From: a bacterium
GTDB lineage: Bacteria; Patescibacteriota; Minisyncoccia; Phycocordibacterales; UBA9973
DNA length: 64,000 nucleotides
Assembly: GCA_037143195.1 (NCBI GenBank)
Contig: JBAWZD010000001.1
Coordinates: 272,892-336,891 of the forward strand
Direction: 5' to 3'
Shown piece by piece: positions 18,899-28,760 of the stretch. The translations under genes were made by a program, and so were the position numbers. Every line of letters begins with the position of its first letter. Positions within the stretch are counted from its first letter, which is position 1. The notes under the pieces are model-generated. The model saw nothing but the letters and a program-made list of their open reading frames with translations. It searched no databases and was not told the DNA's origin.

Positions 18899-19777
18899 AT
18901 GATACAATGTTCGAATATGATGTCGTTATACTTTACCGCATGGCTCGCTTCAATAATGTCTGGAGCTGAGGCAATTCTCGGAAAAATCACCAGCAGGCAC
19001 TCAGTCAGGAACCCCTGGTTGTTTAACTTTTTCTGGTCGCTTTTCATCCTCGTGGGTATCATAATCGCGGCTATCTATTCCCACGCAGGTATTCCGAGCA
19101 GTTGGAGCTACATCGTCTCAGCGTCAATCGCTTACGCGTTGACTGGGACCACGTATGCATTTTCGGTGTACACGCTTGATGCTTCCGTTGTGGCTCCTTT
19201 ATACAGCATGCGCACAATTATGGCTGTTGCCGTCGGGAGTCTCTTCTTTGGGGAGACACTGTCTTCACACCAGTATATTCTTATTGGCATTATTTTTGTC
19301 TTCGGAATACTTGTAAGTATGGACGAAAAATTCAGCTTGAGGTCATTTTTTAATTGGAAGATCACGCGAGCACTTTTCGGCATGGCCTGTTTGTTAGCGT
19401 TATCGCTCTTAACAAAAAAAGCTATTGCAGTAGCCGGCTTCTGGAACTCAACATTATGGATTGCTCTTTTGGGACAAGTTTGGCTTCTTGCAACAATCCC
19501 GCTGTTTAAAAAGGAGTGGCAATCAACAAGCAAAAAGCAGCTAGGTGCCATCGCGCTCGTATCGGCAGCTGGTGTTGTAGGTACTATTTCTGCAATGGCT
19601 GCTTACTCAAAAAACGTCAGCATCGCTACGGCAATCATCTCACTACCACTTTCAATGATCGCTGCAATTGGACTTTCATTCATTGCGCCAGATCTACTGG
19701 AAAAACACACGGCGAAAGTGTACGCAGTGCGGATCATCTCGGCCACGATAATGATTATCGCTGCTTTAAAACTCTAA
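18899..19777 (+). CDS. EamA/DMT-superfamily transporter-like membrane protein
   Basis: 292 aa, ~10 TM helices arranged as two 5-helix halves typical of EamA domains. Confidence 0.55.
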   Translation: MIQCSNMMSLYFTAWLASIMSGAEAILGKITSRHSVRNPWLFNFFWSLFILVGIIIAAIYSHAGIPSSWSYIVSASIAYALTGTTYAFSVYTLDASVVAPLYSMRTIMAVAVGSLFFGETLSSHQYILIGIIFVFGILVSMDEKFSLRSFFNWKITRALFGMACLLALSLLTKKAIAVAGFWNSTLWIALLGQVWLLATIPLFKKEWQSTSKKQLGAIALVSAAGVVGTISAMAAYSKNVSIATAIISLPLSMIAAIGLSFIAPDLLEKHTAKVYAVRIISATIMIIAALKL

Positions 19778-19862
19778 GTTCACTCAACCCCTGAACAATG
19801 TCGCACCCAAAAGAAAATTGCCCGAGAACAATTTTCTGTTCAAGGGCAATTCAAATGATACA

Positions 19863-21206
19863 TTATTTAATTATCATACTACTGCCAATCACTTCATGTT
19901 TTCGATGTGGATGAACCCATGTCTCTTTGAGATGGATCTTACGGACTATATTCCCGAATTCGTCACGATAGTTTCTATCGTGATGCCGTCTAGGATGTGG
20001 AGGTTTCTCATTACCAATCTGAATACAAAAACCAGTCGTACTTTTTTTCTTTGATGCATGCGAAAGATACGTAATACCTCCCCTATTCACTTCAAACCAT
20101 GTAAGTGGCTCGCTTTCTGTAACGATTTTTTTGATTTTTTCCAAAGCTCTCGGTGACTGCTCTGGTATATCGGGCGCCGCCTGATACGTTTTGATACCAA
20201 CAGGGGCGACATAGTCATGAAAGAGTTTGCCGATACCATTCAACAGAAAAGTGAGGACCTGAATATGCCAGTCGTTCGCAAGAAAATCCAAAACATCTTT
20301 GTTTGAACCCGACCAAGATTCCTTGGTCTGTGCTCCCTGAATCCTCAAGAGACTCAGCTGGTCAATCGGTTCGAATTCCAAAGTGTCTGGATGACTATCC
20401 ATTACTTTTCCCGTAGCGATATCGATACGGAATGAAAGAAATAATGGAACAAGGTGATCCGCAACTATTTTTTCGAATTGCTGCTGAACCTTCTCAGCTT
20501 GCTTTGTTTTATTTTGTGAAAAGTAACGTATCATTTCCTCCATTTTTTCTATCGCCTCTTTTGGATAAAGCGAGCGTTCAATGTCATCTGGGATGCCAAA
20601 CACTCTCAAATACCCGTTCGATTTGCTCACAATAAAAGTACTGAAATGAAACGTGACCATGTTCTGCACTTTTTTCTCCTGCTTAATTGCAAACAAAGGG
20701 TTAAACTGTCGTTCGGAATAATAGCCAACGGGCTCGTCAAGAGTAACAATGAAATCATCGTACGGCAACGAAGCAATGTAAGCCTTTTCACATGGGTCGA
20801 TCAATGGAATTTTTTTGGCCGCTTTCACCTCGCATACTTTTTTGCCGCCATCTTTCCAACGTTTTACAAAAAACGGAAACAAAAGCAGTTCGTTAGCAGC
20901 GAGAATTTCAACGCATTTATCTTGTTCAAGCTTGCCGACAAGCTCCTTCGGAACTCTCGGCAAAAACCTCATGGGGTCAAACGGATAATTGCCAGATAAG
21001 CATTCGGCCAATTTGTGGAAATCACCGATTGGCGCCAAGAAGGCGCCGTTCAATGCGAGCTCTGAGCCAGACGCTGGCAACAGCTTTCGATCTTTTTTAT
21101 CGAGAGCAAATTCTCCTTTGTGATTAACTTTTGCGGCAAGTTGCATGTTTTCCCATGCAATCAAAGTGTGGTGTAGTCGATGTAATGTTAAAGTAGTCTT
21201 CTTCAT
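19863..21206 (-). CDS. Large hypothetical protein (447 aa), no recognised domain
   Basis: Long uninterrupted ORF with its own intergenic flanks; His/Arg-rich C-terminus. Confidence 0.5.
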   Translation of the reverse strand: MKKTTLTLHRLHHTLIAWENMQLAAKVNHKGEFALDKKDRKLLPASGSELALNGAFLAPIGDFHKLAECLSGNYPFDPMRFLPRVPKELVGKLEQDKCVEILAANELLLFPFFVKRWKDGGKKVCEVKAAKKIPLIDPCEKAYIASLPYDDFIVTLDEPVGYYSERQFNPLFAIKQEKKVQNMVTFHFSTFIVSKSNGYLRVFGIPDDIERSLYPKEAIEKMEEMIRYFSQNKTKQAEKVQQQFEKIVADHLVPLFLSFRIDIATGKVMDSHPDTLEFEPIDQLSLLRIQGAQTKESWSGSNKDVLDFLANDWHIQVLTFLLNGIGKLFHDYVAPVGIKTYQAAPDIPEQSPRALEKIKKIVTESEPLTWFEVNRGGITYLSHASKKKSTTGFCIQIGNEKPPHPRRHHDRNYRDEFGNIVRKIHLKETWVHPHRKHEVIGSSMIIK

Positions 21207-21382
21207 TGGAATAAAATTTGGTTATCAAAAAGTCCGAGCAGAGCCCCTTTGATAACCAAACATTCCATTTGTCTAAATTAAACATACAAAATTTATATTG
21301 TCAATCAATACGTAATATTTGACATCTAAAATTAATTATTGTAATTTCAGTAATAACCATTTTTTAAAAAAAATATACAGAT

Positions 21383-21814
21383 ATGCACACACTATTCGCA
21401 AACGTGGACATCAAGAACGACACTCGTCCAGTTGAGCAACGCCAAAAAATCGATATCGACGCAGAAATTACTTTTGAGGTTAAAGGTGTCGATGTACGCC
21501 CAAATTTTTCTATGACAGTGCGGGGTTCAGACAGAGAAACCTCAATCATTTCCCTCACTGAGGGAACAAGAACAGTCGCTCATGGTAAAGCGGGCGAAAT
21601 TCGCTTAAAGATTAGCGAATTTACAATGAGAGATCAACTGATTTTTGTGACGTGCCTGTCCATAATCAGCAAGTTACTAGAAGAAATCAACGCAACGAGG
21701 CGGACACTTGATATGCTGGACTTACTGTCAAGCTATGGCTTGCAAATCACAAAGATCGACTCGTTTTCATTCCCAACAACAAGGGACCATATAAACGAGA
21801 TATTTACTCAATAA
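21383..21814 (+). CDS. Hypothetical protein
   Basis: 143-aa ORF with TTGACA-17-TAATTT promoter upstream and a shared hairpin terminator downstream (21816-21864). Confidence 0.4.
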   Translation: MHTLFANVDIKNDTRPVEQRQKIDIDAEITFEVKGVDVRPNFSMTVRGSDRETSIISLTEGTRTVAHGKAGEIRLKISEFTMRDQLIFVTCLSIISKLLEEINATRRTLDMLDLLSSYGLQITKIDSFSFPTTRDHINEIFTQ

Positions 21815-21914
21815 AACCTATCAGAGATTAGATAAGAAATCTATTTCGATAGGTTTTTTATTATTGGAATCTCCTCCGGATCAGACGAGAAAGCGCACGT
21901 CTCGTATTATATCG

Positions 21915-22139
21915 TTACGACATGTTACGAATGTACATGGTCTCAACTTTTTTTCGCGCCCACGGAGTTCGACGCAAAAATACCAAACTTGATTTAATAC
22001 TTGGGTCTTTAAGAAAGCAATTGACCGGAATACGTTCGCCGAGCTCTGCCCAGCCATACTCTTGCACAAGAGCGGTGAGAATCATTTCAAGAGTTTTGCC
22101 CTGAAGTGGATTTTTGGGATGTGTGTCCATACAGTGCAT
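21915..22139 (-). CDS. DUF2132/VF530-like small conserved protein
   Basis: 74 aa containing YGW..L...I..NCF...PSI.SSL.FLR.TPWAR.KVE pattern, characteristic of that family. Confidence 0.5.
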   Translation of the reverse strand: MHCMDTHPKNPLQGKTLEMILTALVQEYGWAELGERIPVNCFLKDPSIKSSLVFLRRTPWARKKVETMYIRNMS

Positions 22140-22279
22140 ATCTTAGCATCAAACCCCCAAAAAACCTTGTAAATAAGGGTTTATTGACAATTTTAATCTT
22201 CCGTGATTCTTTGACAAAATAGTATTTTCGTGATAGAATATATGTTAACCATTTTTTTAACAATTAAAAACAGAAAGAC

Positions 22280-25200
22280 GTGAAAAAATCACTACTTTTG
22301 ATGGTAGCGCTACTATGCTGCTGCCTTCTGTCCCCTCCCACTGCGAGCGGACAACTCACAACGATTCCGAGCTTCTCAGTAAGCCCGACGACAGTGTGCA
22401 TGTTCCAGCCGGTTCTGCCGGTGAACACCACTGTAACCGTAGCAGGTCATCGCTACGCCTATTACTGGAATTACGACTACGGTCGACCAACGAGTGACAA
22501 CACTCGCGACCCTCGTGGTCCAGTAATTTTTACGTACCCTGGAGCACCATATATTTCGATTATGGTGCACGACAGTGATGCGTACGGAGGTGCCGGGGGG
22601 GATTATTACTATCGGCAGAGCATCACGGTGCTCGATTTGCCGACAGCAACTATTGAAGCAACGCCGCGAAGTGCAGCGCTCAATTGTATTGCTGACAGTG
22701 TTATTTTGGTGGCAACACCATCTGACACTCTTGGCCACATTTTGTGGACTAGACCCACTGGGTTTACGGACACAAACGAAACAATTGCTGCTCGAACAAG
22801 CGGCAATTACCAAGTAATTGCCACCGACAGGCACGGTTGTTCTTCCAATTATCCGACATCAATTTGGGTAAACGGAGGAACACCAGTACATGTCGATCTG
22901 GCATTAGCCACCAGTTACGGTGGGATTATCAGCACAGACACAAGCGTCTCTGTCTGCTCGAGTGATGGACGCATTTTGCAACCAATTGTCAGTGGAGCCA
23001 TGTGGCCAATCACCTACAACTGGAACGACGGAAGTACAGCGAGCACTGACCCAATAGCCACTTCTGGCTACTATTGGGTTAAGCTCACAGATGCAAATGG
23101 ATGTATAGGTCGCGACACAATCCATGTGACGCGAAACATTACTCCGCCAAACACTATCACTCCAAGCACCTCAGCCACACTGTGTTCCGGTGATTCTCTG
23201 ATTCTCAGAGTCGCATCAGGATACAGCTATAGCTGGAGTACATGGAGTGGCGTAGTATCCACTTCAGATTCCGTAATTGTAACGAGTTCAAATTATTACT
23301 CAGTACAAATCAACGGATTGGGTGGCTGCAACGCCACGAACACCTACAACGCGAACTTCAATGCAGCGCCAACGCCCAGCATCGAAATATTCCCGAATGT
23401 AGGAGTGTCACATAGTGGACCAATCGACACAGTGCGTATATGCTCGAACGCAAGTTCAAGTATGTACGCAAGTAGTGCAGTGTATTCAACGACACTTCAC
23501 TATGTGTGGAACACTGGCGACACAACTGCCAATCTTCCTCTCCGCAGTGGAGGATTAAAGAGAGTAACGATAACAACAGCTGAAGGATGCAGCGCATCCA
23601 AAAGTATTTTTGTTGTTATGTACTCTGCACCTGATAGTAGCTATACATTAAGTAACCTTGGTCCATTATGCGACGGGACGACACAAGTTGTACGTCTTCG
23701 TCGCGCACCAGGAAACAGCTACACATGGAGTACTGGAGGTATTGCCGATTCGGCGATACTGACGAGTTCAGCAACCATCACCGCGGTTATAACCTCTGCA
23801 AGAGGTTGTATGAGTCCCGTGACGTACACAGCGGTGTTCAATGCAACACCGCACCCTGTCGTTTCGGCAGGACCATGCAGTATGGAAGCTGGAACGATCA
23901 CATCTGGCAACAGATATCAGTGGTCTACTCCAACGGGGATAATTCCCGGTGCAACAAGTGCATTTTATGGTGCAACAACTGGAGGTTTTTATTCCTACAA
24001 GGAAACAACTCCCTTAGGTTGTAACGCGACAGCCACAATGACCTACATTACCTGTGGTGGAACCACAGGTACAGGAACAAGTACTGATAGTGTACATGCG
24101 TACTTCGCAGAAGACGCAACACTGTCATGCGGTACAGGATATTTACGAGTGACGAATCTCTCGACGGCAATCTTGCCATCAAGGTTAAAGTATTTCTGGT
24201 CATTCGACGGTGGCACTCCTGCTACTTCAAATCTTCAGAATCCGCCACCGATTCTATTCAGCCCTGGATTACATTTCGTGAACCTTGTCGCTCGCGACAC
24301 CGTAAACGGAAGTACCAGTACGTATTTGGGATCGTTCATCGCAGACACCCTAAAAATCCGTGCGTATGGTTACGCACCCACAACAGGCCGGACAAGTTTC
24401 GACACACTTCCTGTTTGTCCAAACGACTCGGCTTGGGTTGGTGCATTAATCTACGCCGGAGCAGGCGTAAGTTATCAGTGGAACAACGGCGACAGTAGTG
24501 CACGTTTCGTGCCACACGCAAGTGGTATGTACTCAGTGCATGTTACTGACAACCGCGGTTGTTCAGCTGATGATAGTGTGTATTTAAGCGTAAGCAATTT
24601 TCCTGACAGTAGTATTACGAGATCATCACTTAGTAATATATGTGCAGGAGACACATTACGGCTTTCGCTCCACACTGGTAATAGTTACCAGTGGAACACG
24701 TACGACACTACGAGTAGTATCGGAGTCACAACTCCTGGATATTATTCAGTACGTATCATGAACAGGTTTGGTTGTGTTTCGCATGCAAATGCAAACATAA
24801 CGTTTAACCCAAAACCAATTCCAAGCGTCACCGTTTCGGGTGCACGATTTAGTTATGGAATTTTTGACACCGCACATGTTTGTGCAAACGCCAATCCTTC
24901 CATCTCAATCGCGCCATCGGGGATGACGTATCATTGGAACACGGGAAGTTCGTTCTCGAATTTTCCTCTCACAGTTAACGGTGTTTACACTGCGACAGTG
25001 ACGAATTCATACGGCTGTAAAGCCGCAAGTAATCCTGTGTATGTAAACATACACTCGTCGCCTGACAGCTTAATCACGGTAACAAGAGTAAGTGCATGCA
25101 TGGGCGACAGCATCTCTCTCGGACTTTCCCCTGGCAACTCATATAGTTGGAGCACAGGAGAAAGAAGTAACGGAATTAATGTTTTTACCTCTGGCACTTA

Positions 25201-26449
25201 TTCTGTAACGGTAACAACAGATGCTGGCTGTGTAAGTCATGCAACGAAGTCTGTAACGTTTAATCCACTTCCAAATGTAACAATCGGAATATCTCCGATG
25301 ACGCTGTATACATTTGGTGGCGGGACTGATACCGCTCATGCGTGTAGCAATACGCACGTGAACATATCAGCAACAACGGGGACTGGTAACACTTACCAAT
25401 GGAATAACGGAAGCACTTTTTCAAGCTTCCTCATTCCACTGAGTGGGTTGTATACGGTAACAGTGACGAATACGTATGCTTGCTCCGCTTCGGCGCAAGT
25501 GTACGTAAACATACACTCTGCTCCAGATAGCATCATCATGCCGTCGAAAGTAAGTGTTTGTAAAAATGACACACTGATTTTATGGTTGCCTTCCGGTAAC
25601 CATTATCTGTGGAATACAGGAAGCGATAACGATTCAATCATGGTGTTTGATAACGGAATTTTTTCCGCAACAGTTTCAAACATATATGGTTGTGAGTCTC
25701 ACACGCTACCATATACCGCTACCTTCCATTCGATACCAAAACCTGAAATTGCAGCATCCAGTTGTAATCTCAGTTTGTTATCGATAGCAAGCGGATCTAC
25801 GTATCAATGGTATGAAGGATCGAATCCAATCTGGATTAACGCCTCGTCATACATTGTTACGGCAAATGATTGGTACTCAGTCGAAGAAACAACAAGTGAA
25901 GGATGCAGAAATCGCTCGAATTCAATTTTCGATTCCGCATGTGTAATCCCCATTCCAATTGATTCGTGCAAGTCGTTCCCGATCCAGAGTCCAAGCATAG
26001 TTATAGACGTTACAAATTGCATGCTTGGATGCAGTAGTAAATATACGGTGGATTCCTTCGTCTGGACTCGCAGTGGCATATTCTTGCCCGCAACAGACAC
26101 ACCGTATATCAGTTCTTTTATAAACGGGCTCTATCAAGTCACCGTTTACGATACCCGTGGATGCAGTGCGACATCAGAATTAATTTCTGCTGGTTGTGTG
26201 CAAGACACAACTCATGCACCAATTAATTTTGATGTGTATCCAAATCCGTTCTCTCAACATGTGACAATCACATGCGATAGTACATTTTCTGTCCTCGTAT
26301 TTAATATGCTAGGACAAAAGGTCCTAGAGACCATGGAAAATAATGGTGTGACACTCCAAACAGGGCAATGGCGCCCTGACACATACTTCATTGTTGTCGG
26401 CAATCGCTTCGGCGTTGTCACAACAAAAAAAGTTGTGAAAACAAAATAA
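22280..26449 (+). CDS. Giant secreted repeat protein with T9SS (Por) C-terminal sorting domain
   Basis: GTG start after a TTGACA-17-TAGAAT promoter; signal peptide; about ten ~95-aa SprB/Ig-like repeats (C..D...L....G.SY.W.TG...GCxS); last ~75 aa match the por_Secre_tail pattern (VYPNPFS...GQKV...GQW.PDTYFIVV...KKVVK). Confidence 0.85.
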   Translation: MKKSLLLMVALLCCCLLSPPTASGQLTTIPSFSVSPTTVCMFQPVLPVNTTVTVAGHRYAYYWNYDYGRPTSDNTRDPRGPVIFTYPGAPYISIMVHDSDAYGGAGGDYYYRQSITVLDLPTATIEATPRSAALNCIADSVILVATPSDTLGHILWTRPTGFTDTNETIAARTSGNYQVIATDRHGCSSNYPTSIWVNGGTPVHVDLALATSYGGIISTDTSVSVCSSDGRILQPIVSGAMWPITYNWNDGSTASTDPIATSGYYWVKLTDANGCIGRDTIHVTRNITPPNTITPSTSATLCSGDSLILRVASGYSYSWSTWSGVVSTSDSVIVTSSNYYSVQINGLGGCNATNTYNANFNAAPTPSIEIFPNVGVSHSGPIDTVRICSNASSSMYASSAVYSTTLHYVWNTGDTTANLPLRSGGLKRVTITTAEGCSASKSIFVVMYSAPDSSYTLSNLGPLCDGTTQVVRLRRAPGNSYTWSTGGIADSAILTSSATITAVITSARGCMSPVTYTAVFNATPHPVVSAGPCSMEAGTITSGNRYQWSTPTGIIPGATSAFYGATTGGFYSYKETTPLGCNATATMTYITCGGTTGTGTSTDSVHAYFAEDATLSCGTGYLRVTNLSTAILPSRLKYFWSFDGGTPATSNLQNPPPILFSPGLHFVNLVARDTVNGSTSTYLGSFIADTLKIRAYGYAPTTGRTSFDTLPVCPNDSAWVGALIYAGAGVSYQWNNGDSSARFVPHASGMYSVHVTDNRGCSADDSVYLSVSNFPDSSITRSSLSNICAGDTLRLSLHTGNSYQWNTYDTTSSIGVTTPGYYSVRIMNRFGCVSHANANITFNPKPIPSVTVSGARFSYGIFDTAHVCANANPSISIAPSGMTYHWNTGSSFSNFPLTVNGVYTATVTNSYGCKAASNPVYVNIHSSPDSLITVTRVSACMGDSISLGLSPGNSYSWSTGERSNGINVFTSGTYSVTVTTDAGCVSHATKSVTFNPLPNVTIGISPMTLYTFGGGTDTAHACSNTHVNISATTGTGNTYQWNNGSTFSSFLIPLSGLYTVTVTNTYACSASAQVYVNIHSAPDSIIMPSKVSVCKNDTLILWLPSGNHYLWNTGSDNDSIMVFDNGIFSATVSNIYGCESHTLPYTATFHSIPKPEIAASSCNLSLLSIASGSTYQWYEGSNPIWINASSYIVTANDWYSVEETTSEGCRNRSNSIFDSACVIPIPIDSCKSFPIQSPSIVIDVTNCMLGCSSKYTVDSFVWTRSGIFLPATDTPYISSFINGLYQVTVYDTRGCSATSELISAGCVQDTTHAPINFDVYPNPFSQHVTITCDSTFSVLVFNMLGQKVLETMENNGVTLQTGQWRPDTYFIVVGNRFGVVTTKKVVKTK

Positions 26450-26467
26450 CAGCCAGCCATTCAAGTC

Positions 26468-26550
26468 AAAAAAGCCCCGGCAATGTCGGGGCTTTTTCAT
26501 ATGTCAGGATCGTTTCAATACAAACAAAAAACCGCTTACGTACTACGTAA
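26468..26550. terminator. Pair of facing rho-independent terminators
   Basis: aaaaaagccccggcaatgtcggggcttttt (for the + gene) and ccgcttacgtactacgtaagcgg (for the - gene). Confidence 0.7.
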
Positions 26551-27105
26551 GCGGGGAATGTCTTTTAATGCTCCGAGCGGGATCACCTCAACACCTCTTG
26601 TTTGTTTAAAGAACAAGTGCCAAGAATTATCAACTGCGATTTCAGGGTCGTACGAAATACCGAAATATTCATACACCGTATAATCTTGTTTTTGATGAAG
26701 CAAGGACAGATCCAAAATCCTTCCTTGATACAGGATCCAACTGTGGCTTGAGATTACGTACATATAATTACAAACCCTTTCAACGGCATACAGGCCGGTA
26801 ACAACCTGAAAATCAGCCCCAGTCTTGCCATTGTTTAACAAAGTCTTCGCGTGCAACATTGTGTTCGCGTGACAATATTTATCCTGAAAAAAAATCGGCA
26901 AGATACCGTCTGGATAGACCGTCCAAACATCCATGGGCATATACGATTTTCGGTATTGTTTTGCTAGACTGATAAGATCAGATGGCTCAGTCCGAGGTGG
27001 GAGCTGTTCAAAATATTTTTTAATTTCAAACCTTTCTGGCGAATACGCCACTGGGAAGTCCCGATGATGCAACTGCTCAAAAGTTACGATATTCTTTTTT
27101 ACCAT
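26536..27105 (-). CDS. Hypothetical protein
   Basis: 189-aa ORF, no family recognised. Confidence 0.45.
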   Translation of the reverse strand: MVKKNIVTFEQLHHRDFPVAYSPERFEIKKYFEQLPPRTEPSDLISLAKQYRKSYMPMDVWTVYPDGILPIFFQDKYCHANTMLHAKTLLNNGKTGADFQVVTGLYAVERVCNYMYVISSHSWILYQGRILDLSLLHQKQDYTVYEYFGISYDPEIAVDNSWHLFFKQTRGVEVIPLGALKDIPRLRST

Positions 27106-27214
27106 AGCGTGTGTTTTTTCTTCAATCTACATTATATTTTAATATTGTCAAATATATCATCCCTGATATAAAGTTGTTCCTGTACATATCGCTAGAAAAG
27201 CCTAGTATGAACAC

Positions 27215-28081
27215 ATGAAAAACTCTTGGATATACGGAGGTATTGTATTCGGTATCCTGCTCGTCGTTTTTGGTATTTCGCGATATGAACATAGTGGTGC
27301 GCCAGTCACGAATGTATTGCCAGCAATCGTTACTCCCGAGACGCCACCTGAGACTCCCCCAGTTACCCCGCCAGTCGTAGACTCGACTCCTGTCTCGCAC
27401 TATATTGAAATTACGGGTGGGTGCGATTGGAAATTCACTGGCTCATGCGTGAACGTGCGATCAGGCGCTGGTACGCGCTACGGCGTCGTCATGCGTCTCC
27501 GTGCTGGCATTGTGCTCCGTGTAGAGCCAGAGGCAGTCGCAGGAGATGGATTCAATTGGTACAAAGTCATTCAAGACAAACAACTCTGGCATCCAGAGCG
27601 AGTGAAAAGCGATTGGTATGTGGCGAGCGATGCTGGCTTCGTGATGCACTTTACTGATCCAGGTGACATACAAATCAATGCAAGCGAAGTGACTCCTCCG
27701 ACCAACAAACGCATCGTAGTCAATCTCACCAAAGAAACCCTCATGGCATACGATGAAGACCAGCTTTTCATGGAAGAATCAATCTCCACGGGCATCGAGG
27801 CGAACCCAACGACGGCGGGAAAATTCAAAATTTTTCGAAAAACGCCGAGCCGATACATGCAAGGACCACTCCCTGATAGTGACATCACTGAATCATACGA
27901 CTTGCCCGGTGTCGCGTGGGACATGTACTTCACGGCCGATGGATCTGTCCTCCATACGGCATATTGGCATGATAGTTTTGGAGAGCCGATGTCTCACGGA
28001 TGCATCAACCAACGCGCCGAAAATGCACGAACATTGTATGCATGGGCAGATTTGGGCACACCGGTAGTCATTGAAGAATAA
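27215..28081 (+). CDS. L,D-transpeptidase (YkuD domain) with N-terminal TM anchor and SH3b-like domain
   Basis: C-terminal catalytic motif ...HTAYWHDSFGEPMSHGCIN (His / SHGC); Pro/Thr linker; SH3b-like segment GCDWKF...NWYKV. Confidence 0.8.
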   Translation: MKNSWIYGGIVFGILLVVFGISRYEHSGAPVTNVLPAIVTPETPPETPPVTPPVVDSTPVSHYIEITGGCDWKFTGSCVNVRSGAGTRYGVVMRLRAGIVLRVEPEAVAGDGFNWYKVIQDKQLWHPERVKSDWYVASDAGFVMHFTDPGDIQINASEVTPPTNKRIVVNLTKETLMAYDEDQLFMEESISTGIEANPTTAGKFKIFRKTPSRYMQGPLPDSDITESYDLPGVAWDMYFTADGSVLHTAYWHDSFGEPMSHGCINQRAENARTLYAWADLGTPVVIEE

Positions 28082-28135
28082 GGATATTGCAACACTTTTC
28101 TTGCTATTGCAAGTCATGTGTGAAAGGATGGATAG

Positions 28136-28687
28136 ATGCTCCCTATTTCCCTACCGCAAACAATCGCAAATGTCCCCTACCATTCACAGTTAACAGAAAT
28201 CTCTTCTCACACATGGCAGATGCAAGGCTGCGGCATCACCAGCCTCGCCATGATTATTGATTACTACAACAAGACAGATTCTGTATCGGTAGAATCTTTG
28301 CTCAAACAAGGAATCGTTTCTGGTGCATTCATCAACAATGTCGGTTGGTCATACGCAGGACTAATAAAACTTTCCCAAAAATATGATCTCGATGGCAAGA
28401 CATATGATTTCGCTGGGCTCACTTCAGCCAAAGCATTTACTGAGCTCAAAAATCAATTGAAAGATGGTCCCGTGATTGCATCAATTCATTACAAATTTGA
28501 TCCGAAAAATACGCTTCCGCACATGGTCGTAGTCGACGGCATCGACAACGACATGGTGTACTACAACAACCCATCAGGCAAAGCGGGGGTAGCCGAAATC
28601 TCAACAACAAAATTCCTCGCCGCATGGAAAAAGCGATTCATCGTCATTCGTCCAATCACACCAGTACTCGCCTCGACACAGAAATAA
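28136..28687 (+). CDS. Papain-like C39-family peptidase domain protein
   Basis: QMQGCGITSLAMIIDYY motif (catalytic Cys in GCG context) and downstream His-containing region typical of C39-like peptidases. Confidence 0.5.
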   Translation: MLPISLPQTIANVPYHSQLTEISSHTWQMQGCGITSLAMIIDYYNKTDSVSVESLLKQGIVSGAFINNVGWSYAGLIKLSQKYDLDGKTYDFAGLTSAKAFTELKNQLKDGPVIASIHYKFDPKNTLPHMVVVDGIDNDMVYYNNPSGKAGVAEISTTKFLAAWKKRFIVIRPITPVLASTQK

Positions 28688-28760
28688 AACTCGTAATCGA
28701 AAATCGCAACAAAAAACCCACACAAAGCATGGGCTTTCTGTGGGTACATTTTTGATTTTA

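Noticed and set aside
22280-26449. Possible CRISPR array suggested by strong internal periodicity
   Set aside because: The periodicity is in-frame protein repeats (~285 nt, diverged) inside one long ORF. There are no short identical direct repeats with unique spacers anywhere in the window.
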